From IMG/VR virus record IMGVR_UViG_3300031800_000001, positions 52,087 through 116,086 of that record: a stretch of DNA of 64,000 bases. The stretch is one strand, 5' to 3'. Shown piece by piece: positions 29,701 to 38,700 of this stretch. The stretch comes from a virus. The notes under the pieces are model-generated. The model saw only the letters and a program-made list of their open reading frames with translations, ran no database searches and was not told the origin of the DNA. Position 1 is the first letter of the stretch. Each line of letters starts with the position of its first letter. The translations under genes and the position numbers were made by a program.

Positions 29701-32700
29701 GCTGGCCAAGTACGACGAGGGACGCAACAAACTTCTCGTCCACTCACCACAATGGCTAGACAAACATTTGGTAAATACGGAAGAGCATTCTTAGGAGGAA
29801 ATAAAGACTATAAGGGGCCAAGAAGCGGATTGCCAAGCGCAAACAGCCTTTTAGGCATCAAAACTAGTTTTAAGAATATTCCTGATCCTAGCAAGATAGA
29901 TGACATGATGAGGGACATACAGAAAGCGTCTCCAGATATAAAGGACCCCGCAAAAAGGGCAAGTCTGAGCTATCTATCGATGCTGAAAACAGGGCAAAAA
30001 ACAATATTTAATGTAGCACAACAAGTTGCGGAACGGTTAAGGGGCGACAACACGCTAATGATTGAAGAAATTCATAAATTGGCACCGGTTTTGGGCGATC
30101 TACCTTTCCGCGAATTAGAAGAAGGTTTAAAAGCCGCGAACAAAGATATGTCCGCCGTAGTTAGGGATCAAACCGACGCCACGAGTAAAGCAGCTGGTAT
30201 GGCAAAAACGCTAAGTAAGCACACTATGGAGATGGCCAACATTTTCATAAATCAGAATCTGCTTGCGAACTTCAGGGGGCCTCAACAGATCGACAAGGCA
30301 AGAAAAGTTGGGAAGCAATGGATGGATACGCTAAAGGAGGGGATTCCGGACATTGGTGGTAAGATGGATCCTTCGCGCCTCGGCCCCGAGGGTTTGAAAC
30401 CCGGTACTTACAAAGGGGGTTTGTTTGGCGGTAAACTGAACCAAGATGGCTTGTGGCGACGGGCAGCAGCGAGAAAAGAAGGGGACCCATTCATCCCGGA
30501 CCGCACCCGTGACTATGAACACTCAATGATGGGCCCCGGTAGTATATGGCAACTCTCACCAACAAGGGGCGATGACACGTTTGCTAATAAGCGAGACATG
30601 GCGTACAGATTTTTGGAGAAGCTAAAGCAGGGCAAGGCTCATCAACGGATGATGGCAGCACCCGGCGGAACTACCGGGGGGCCACCGGCACTTGGATTTC
30701 AGCCGGGGCGGGAACACACGATATTGGGTGGCGAGACAGCTGGCGTGATAGCGCAAAAATTCGGCGTCTCTCTGGAGAATTTAAAAGAGGCAAATTCCCA
30801 AATTGCAGACATTAATAGAATTAATGCTGGGGACAAAATGAATATCCCGGCCCAATATAGTATTGAACACACGCTGGGGCAGAAACTCACCGCCAATCAA
30901 CAAAAGAAAATTGCTGAACAACTCGACAAACAATTTAAAGAAGGCGTAGTCTACCATAACGAAATGCACAAGGCAACTGTAGCCCGGAAAAAAATAGCAG
31001 AGAACGCTAAGGAGATTGCAGGAATAGAAGAAAAAATAAAAAACAGAACGATTGAGGCTAGCAAAGCACAAGACAAATTAAAGGCTTTATACGCTCAGAG
31101 AGTGATGATTGAATCGAAGCTAAACGAAAAGGAAAAATCGCTGGCAATCCAGAGTTCGAAAATTGGGGACGATAATATAAGAGCGCGGCATCAAGCGGTG
31201 GTATTAAGAGCAGCTTTAGAACAGAGAGCTATAAAAGAAAGAACAGACCAAACGGCCATGCTCCAAAAAACCGTAGATGTGCATGGTGGCAGAGCGCTGC
31301 TCCCCGAGGAGATAAAAGACCCAAGAGCAAAGGCTGCCGCGGACCAAATAGCGATAAATGAGGCAGCAAACGAGCAGGGCCAGCGGTTCGTTGACTCTTT
31401 ACAAGCAGAAAGAGATGCTTTGCTTCAAGCCAATGCCGCGCTTGAAGGGTTCTCTAAAGCAATTGGAATTTCCTCAAAAGATTTGCAAAACATGTCTCCT
31501 TTCGAGCTTAACCTTGAGCTTATAAGACAAGAGGGTTTGCCAAGACAAAATTTATTGGATGCGATGCGCAGCCCAAGAATGCCACAGCCGGGTGGCAAAT
31601 TTGCCGCGCAGACATTTAGCGCAATTTCACCATCAAGAGTGGGGGAAGCGCAGCAAAAAAATCTCAAGGAAGAGATGGAGAAAATTTTACGCATCGAAAA
31701 AGAAGCAGCTGCGGGACCAAGAAAAATACATCTCGCAGAGAGCAAGGTGGCGGAAGCAAAAATCATCACGGCGGGTTTTATGCGGGAACCGGAATTCAAA
31801 GCTTTTGAGAAAAGCTCGGGGGCTTTGAAAACTGCGGAAAATAAGAGGGTGTCTGAGGAGGAAAAGGTGGTTACCTTGCTCGTCGCCAAAGGTGAACTAC
31901 TGAAGAAGGAGGGCGACAATGCAAAAGCTCTCGACGCCTTGGGAGAGGAGATTGAGAATGCAAACACAGCGGTAGTGATAGCAAGGGGAGTTGAAAAAAC
32001 CGCCATCGATAAGCATAACGCAACATATGCCGAGTACATAAATGTTATAAAGGCAGGAGAAGATGCTGAAAATGAATTAAACAAAGCAAAACAATCACAC
32101 ATTGACGCGCTGGGCGCTCAAGGAGTAATTATTAGAAACTGGGGGTCGGTAGCTGAAGCAGCTATAGAAATACAAAAGAGATTTGTAACTGCAGAACACG
32201 TGAAGAGGATGGAGCAACTCGATACGCAAATAGCTAGCACGACAATGAGTTTAGCCCTAATGGACGACCCAAAAAAATTCAGAGAATTATTAGAATCAAC
32301 GAAAAAGCTAACAGAGGCCCAATTAAGGCTAGCGGCAAAACAAGCCAGACTAGAAGAAGCAGCAGGCATAGGAACTGCTCAGGACACATACCAAAGAGAA
32401 CAGGATGTAACCCGTCAGCAACTAAGAACGGGAAAAATAGGCGTCTGGGAAGCGTTTGGAGCGGATACATTTGAAAAAGGCGAAGCGATGTCAAGAGGAT
32501 GGAAAGAAAGGGTCCTCGACGACATGATCGAAATAAGAGAGGGAATGATTTCGTCTTTCTCAGACGGTTGGGCCGCTTTCGCGCTAGAGGGCAAAAGCGC
32601 ATCCGAGGTAGCGAAACAGTGGGGAAGAGATTTTTTACGGATGATAAATCAAGCGTTCTATAACGCTACGATAGGTAGATTTATGGGGAACTTGATGAGT

Positions 32701-35700
32701 GGCGGCTTTGGAAGCTATGGGAGACCGAGCTTGCCGAGACAACAGTCAGGCGGAGAACTCCATGGTCCTTCTCATTCGAAGGGGGGTATCAAGCTCGAGG
32801 CAGAAGGTGGCGAATTCATAGTTAGAAAAAGCGAAGTCAGAAAACCCGGAGTGCTGGGTCATTTACGCGAGATAAATGAAGGACGAGTTTTTCAGCAGGG
32901 CGGCCCAGTGGGGATAAATAGGAATATTTGGCGGCACCCAACTACTTGGCCAGATCAGCAACCAGTTATGCCGGGATGGGGCGGAGGCCGGCAATTAGGT
33001 GGAAAATTCCAAGGTCAACAGAACTGGGCTGGGCAAAAAGTTCTGCCCAATGCCGCGGGTAATCCCGGGGGCCAACATGGAATTTTTGCTAATGACTTTG
33101 CCCCCCCGGCATTTCATCATAGACAATCTGAATTAGAGATGATAGACCTATTTAATCAAAGAGCGGGGGCAGCGGGTAACCCATTCAATCTTCAGAAAGG
33201 GAAAGGTGCCGCATTTGCGAAAAATCGAATGGACAACATGATGCAAGCCATTGCTGGAGGTGGTTACCTTGACAATGAGCACACGCTGTTGGGTTTTGGG
33301 CATCGAATTGGCCCTAACGGCCCCATGCTCCCCTTGCCCGCCAGACTTAACGAGAAAGAACACGCAGCCAGAGAACAGCTACAATTTTTTCAGGATGAAA
33401 ACCCTCTTGCCTTTAATCATCTAAATCAGTGGTGGAGAAAAAATAAATCCGGATGGACTAACCCACAGGTTTATCAAGAAGGTGGCCACGTGATGCCGCT
33501 GGGCGCACCGGGCTTCTCTATAGCAGAAAAAAGGGAGGCATTTAAGAATCAAACACTTCGCGATCTTAAGAGACTCAAGATGGATCACCCACGCGGCTGG
33601 GACATAGAAGGTTGGCCCCCAATGTGGACGCCGTGGAAACAGTTTGACAACGAGCAAGAATACAAAAAAGCTATCGTCGCACAACGAAGGGCTGACTGGC
33701 AGGCCGACATGAATCGTGAGGACGAGATACAAGGGATGAGGAAAGCGGGATTTGGTCCAAAAGGCATGCTGTTGCGCCGCGACCCATGGCCCGGGCCCGC
33801 GCCGGTGGGACCGCCTTTCGTGCCCGGTCCGGCCATGTTTGCACCCGACCCCCGCAACAATCAGGGCGGTGCGGGTATGCTAGATCGGATGGAGGCGATG
33901 CGACGCCAGATTGAGGCGGCGCGGGGTAACAGGCCGGAGTTGGTAAGGCCAGACAAATATGAAGATGGCGGCAGGGTTACGCTTTCAAAGCCCACCGTTG
34001 CAAACGTACCGAAATTAGACAAGAATTATATATTAAAGCTGGCTAATAACCCTCACGTATTGAACTGGATGAAAGATCCAAATACTATAGAAAGATTTAA
34101 CCTTAAAGGGAATGAAACATTTGAGGGGGCTTACATGAAGATGATTCGTCACGCCGAAAAGATTAAATTAAAACCGGGAAGAATGAACCAGACGTTGTCG
34201 GGGGCGGGTATCCCGCTATGGAGAGACGGTATGACTCCCGACGTAGCGAATAAGATGATGGGTGCCGGGTGGATTAGACCAGAAGCTTTTGGAGTATTAA
34301 ACGAATGGTTTAACATAAGGGATGGAGGCAGGGGGGGAATGTGGGCGAGGGATGAAAAAAATACGGGTAGGTGGGGGGGCGGCGTGAACGCGTTCTACAC
34401 CGGCGAGAGCGAAATAAAAGACCAACAAAGAGGTCTTAATAAAAATTTAACCAGCATGGGTCTCATGTCGCCAAATCCTAAACCCGGTCAGATTAAGCCC
34501 CTTAAGGTAGACGGCTGGGATGGAGACGCTACTACTGCGGCATTAACATTATTCCGAAACAAAAAAGGTATACCGATCCCGTCACGTGCAGCAACCAATG
34601 ACGAGATACTCGCCCACCCCACGTTTGCCCCACACAGAATTCCATTGCCGGGGAAGCTCCGCGACAAGAAGACTAGAGATGCATTAGGTATGGTTGGTCA
34701 TCACCCGGGGATGTCCAGAGCCGGGTGGAGAGGTGTGGCACCTTGGGATATGATGAAGGAAAAACGTTTTAAATCGACGAACCGCGCTGAAGTGGAGGTA
34801 CATCCATATACTGGCATGGTCGACCAAGACGGGCCCGGGGTGAGGGAGGGGTGGGAGTTGGATCCCAAAAGCAAATGGTACCGCGAGGAGGAAGGTTTTC
34901 CGTCAAGATACGAAATAATTCCCGGAAAAGGACTGGGTCACGTGGTAAAGGTGGGAGAAAGTATTACCGCCATAGGTCAACAGTACAAAAAAGAAATGAT
35001 GTTGTCTGGTTCAAAAGACGGATCGGCGACCACCCTTTCTTTGGCGCTGCAGGCGGCTAATCCAAAATTAATGGAAACATTAAAACAGAGAGCTGGGGGG
35101 AAACCTGATATTAGCAAATTCCTTATGCCAAATGACGTTGTTCTTATACCGGGAGGGGGAAATTTGTTCGATCCAAAAGCAAACATGAAAGCTGGTGAGC
35201 TTGATGGAAAACCGTTCCCGGGCTTTAGGCGAGGATGGTGGGATCAATTCAATAAGCAACATTCATCATTCAAGATGGATTACATGGAATACGGGGCTGG
35301 CGGTGTTGTTTGGGATCCCAGAAGTTCAGCCTCTGTTCCAAATCGATTTACAAGACAATCAAGACTTCAAATTCCCGGAACCCCCGTGTCGGGTATAGAG
35401 GGTAACCAATTGCTACCGCAACACCGAGCATGGAACAATAGACTCTCGGCATTTTGGGCAACAACTTTCGCAGCTTCTGGCAACAACGTACCGTTAGCTA
35501 CCCAAAGATTTTACGATGGAATTCAGGACCACATGACTGCTGGACGCGTGAGGGCAGCGGGTGGACAGCACGGCGTTTCTCCCGGTGGATATAGATATAC
35601 AAGGGGGCCAGCAGTAAGCACCCTAGTGGGAGGTAATATTGATGACGGTGGAGTAGCAGGAATGGGCCCGCCAGCAAGAGGTCATCGTATAGCGATGAGA

Positions 35701-38700
35701 AATGCCAATAGCTATTTCCAAAGAGAAGAAACCCCAGACTTTGCACCGTGGGGAATACACCCGTCAGCTGTAGATAAAGACGTAGCTAGGGTAATATTTT
35801 CAGAAGTCGGAGCACAGCACGAGGATCTTGTGCATGTCGTTGGGGACGCAATGAGAAATAGATACGATAATCAAGCATCAAGAACAAGGCACGGCATTTC
35901 TACTGAGCACGGAATATCGGTTAACGGTGCCAGATATCCAGCAAGGGTTAGAGACAGGGCGTGGCAAGTTCAAGCGCCGAATAGAAACGGGAGGGGACTT
36001 ACTTGGCGTGCCGCAACAGCGGCAGAGGGGGTAACGGCAAGCAAGATTGGCATGAAGGATATCGCGTGGCAGGGCGCACCGGGGGGATTCCGTCCCGAAA
36101 CAACACAACAATTTACCGCCATTGGTCATCGAGAGAACGATAATTGGCATTTATCCGGAAGACTGTCGGTATTCCACCAAAGCCCACAGGGGTTTGCCGA
36201 CATGAATACTTGGCTCGGCGGGGGTCCAGCGGGACGCGCCGTTACAGCGCAATATAGCAGGCATTACGGAAGCGATGTTCTGGGAAATGCGACTGACGGG
36301 TGGATCGGTGCACGCGAAAGCATTCAAAATGTATGGAAAAAATCCCTAGCACAATCCGCATCAAATAAAAGAATAGGAAATCCAGCAGATGGAGTAACGC
36401 TACCCGGCCAGCAGCAATCAGGCTTATTAGCTAAAGATGATGAATGGTATAAATCTTGGCAGATAGGAATGAGCTCAGAATTTGATCCTCGAATGAAGCC
36501 TACGGCCATGACGCAAAATGTAGGTCCATTTTGGCTGTGGAGAGCTGATTACACAACGGATTGGCAATCCAGAGCTAATGATCAGCAGCGCAGTGATCGC
36601 GGCTTGCCCACCCGTCGAGGAAGAGTGCAAGCTGATCGAAGACAAAGAGGAGGATTGATTACCGCTGGCTCGGGAGTGACAGATGACGTACCGGTGTACC
36701 TGAAAAAGGGCGAAATGGTGATGACCCAGAAAGCAGTACAAGATAATGGCGTCCAGTATTTCAAGGACATAGAGGCGGGAAGAGTACGCATGGAGGAAGG
36801 TGGCGAAGTTGATGAGGAAATGATTAATGAAGCCAACAAGGCGACTGAAAAAAATCAAGAGAACGAGGGGGAGGAGACTGGAGAGAGGAATCCGCCAAGC
36901 CTGAATGAAAAATACGGGATGAACCTTGCAGAGGCGTGGGGTGGAGCTCCCGGCGAATTTAAAATGGAAGGCATAGCAACGCAAGATAAAAAGTGGTATA
37001 ACTCTGGAAATATGCCGGGTCAAGGTATGCGACGTGTTGCTGAGGTTGTGGAAGAACGATTTGGAAAAGGATTTAAATACGGTGGGACAAACACATTCGC
37101 CTACAATGACCCCGACAAGCCATCATTAGGAAGATTTTTCGTGGATAATAAGATGAGCATGTACGCCATGGAAGCTAAAGATAACCCACAGAATGAGATG
37201 CGTGAGAAACGAAGGAAGATGTTCGTTGATTATAAGGTTTATCTTAATGACGAATACAAAAATAGAAAACAACAATTTGACGACTTCAAGAAGAAAAAGA
37301 AACAGATGCTCAAGGCGGCGTGGATTCAGTTCGCCGTCGCAATGGTGCAGGTTGGAGTGGCGGCCAAGTCGGAATCAGCAAATGCAGAATATGGTACCGA
37401 GGAACAAGTCAAGGCCAATCCGGGGAAATATAAGTCTATGAAAGGCGCGCCGAAAGGTACGAAGGCGGGATCGTATGTCAATCCGACAGCGCAGGCGTCT
37501 TGGGCGAACAAAATGAAATGGGCGGATAGTCCGGGGGGGTCGGCGCTGATAGCAGGTACAACAACTGCCGCTATAGGCTATGGCATGGGTATGGAGGGGA
37601 AGGACATAGCCCTGACTGCTGGAACAGCAATGGCAACGGCTGCTATAACATCCTACGCAAAAATTAAAGGGATGGGCAAACAAGAACAGAACGCCTTAAA
37701 CAGCAACGATCCCGCGATTCAGCAGGCTGCATTAGACCGGTGGAAGAAACACCTGAGACCCGAAGAAATAGCAGGCGCAGAACAAAGCATTGAATTTCAC
37801 GGAACCGAACAGCAACTCAAACAGTGGGTTAAGGAAGAGAACAAATGGCAAAAGAGTAGCATGCATTGGGCTAACCTCGCGAATGACGACCAGACGCCAG
37901 AAGGACAGAGAGCCTTGGCGAAAAGGACTGCCCAGTCCCACGCAAATAAATTACGGCATGTCCAAGCGCAGAAGAATGCCTTCATTGGAAACAGCCAAGC
38001 TCTTCACCCGGACCTTCTTGTGCGTGATGCCAAGAACAATGTGTGGGGGATGAACGCTAAAACAAGGGCAAATCTTAAATCAATTAAAATCGGATGGGCA
38101 AGAAGTAAAGAAGCGGCGACGGTAAGAAGAAACCAGTTGGAAGGCATGAACGAAAACGCGGACATGCTTGGGCGGATGATGCAGCCCGGCGGCAACATGG
38201 GCGGGTTTCCTATACCAAGAAAAGCCCAAGGAGGACTAATAACTGGTGCGGATGGACCTCCCGGCGAGGACACAGTTAGAGCCTTACTTACGAGAGGAGA
38301 GTTTGTGGTCAGCAAGGAGGGAGTTGACAAATTCCCCGGCGGAGCAAACGCACTCCTCAGGTACAACGACATAGCAAAACATGGAGGTCAGGTTGCAAGG
38401 TTTGCAGAAGGAGGGATGGTTACAGGAAGAGAATCTCAATTTAACCCCACCTCTCCCATCACTGCGGCAACTGGTGGTGCTTTGGGTCTGAATGTGGGGC
38501 AGGGAGCCGAAGGGATGACGGATTCTCTTATGCAATTGGTTGATATAGTTCAATCAATCAGAGACACAGTCGATAAAGAAACAGCAGAAAAACAAAGAGA
38601 AAAGACCGCTGGGGGGCAAAACGACACTCAAAATGGCACTAGTGGTGTAAATCAAGAGATAACAAATAACGTTGCGGTAACGGTCAATGTAAACAATGAC

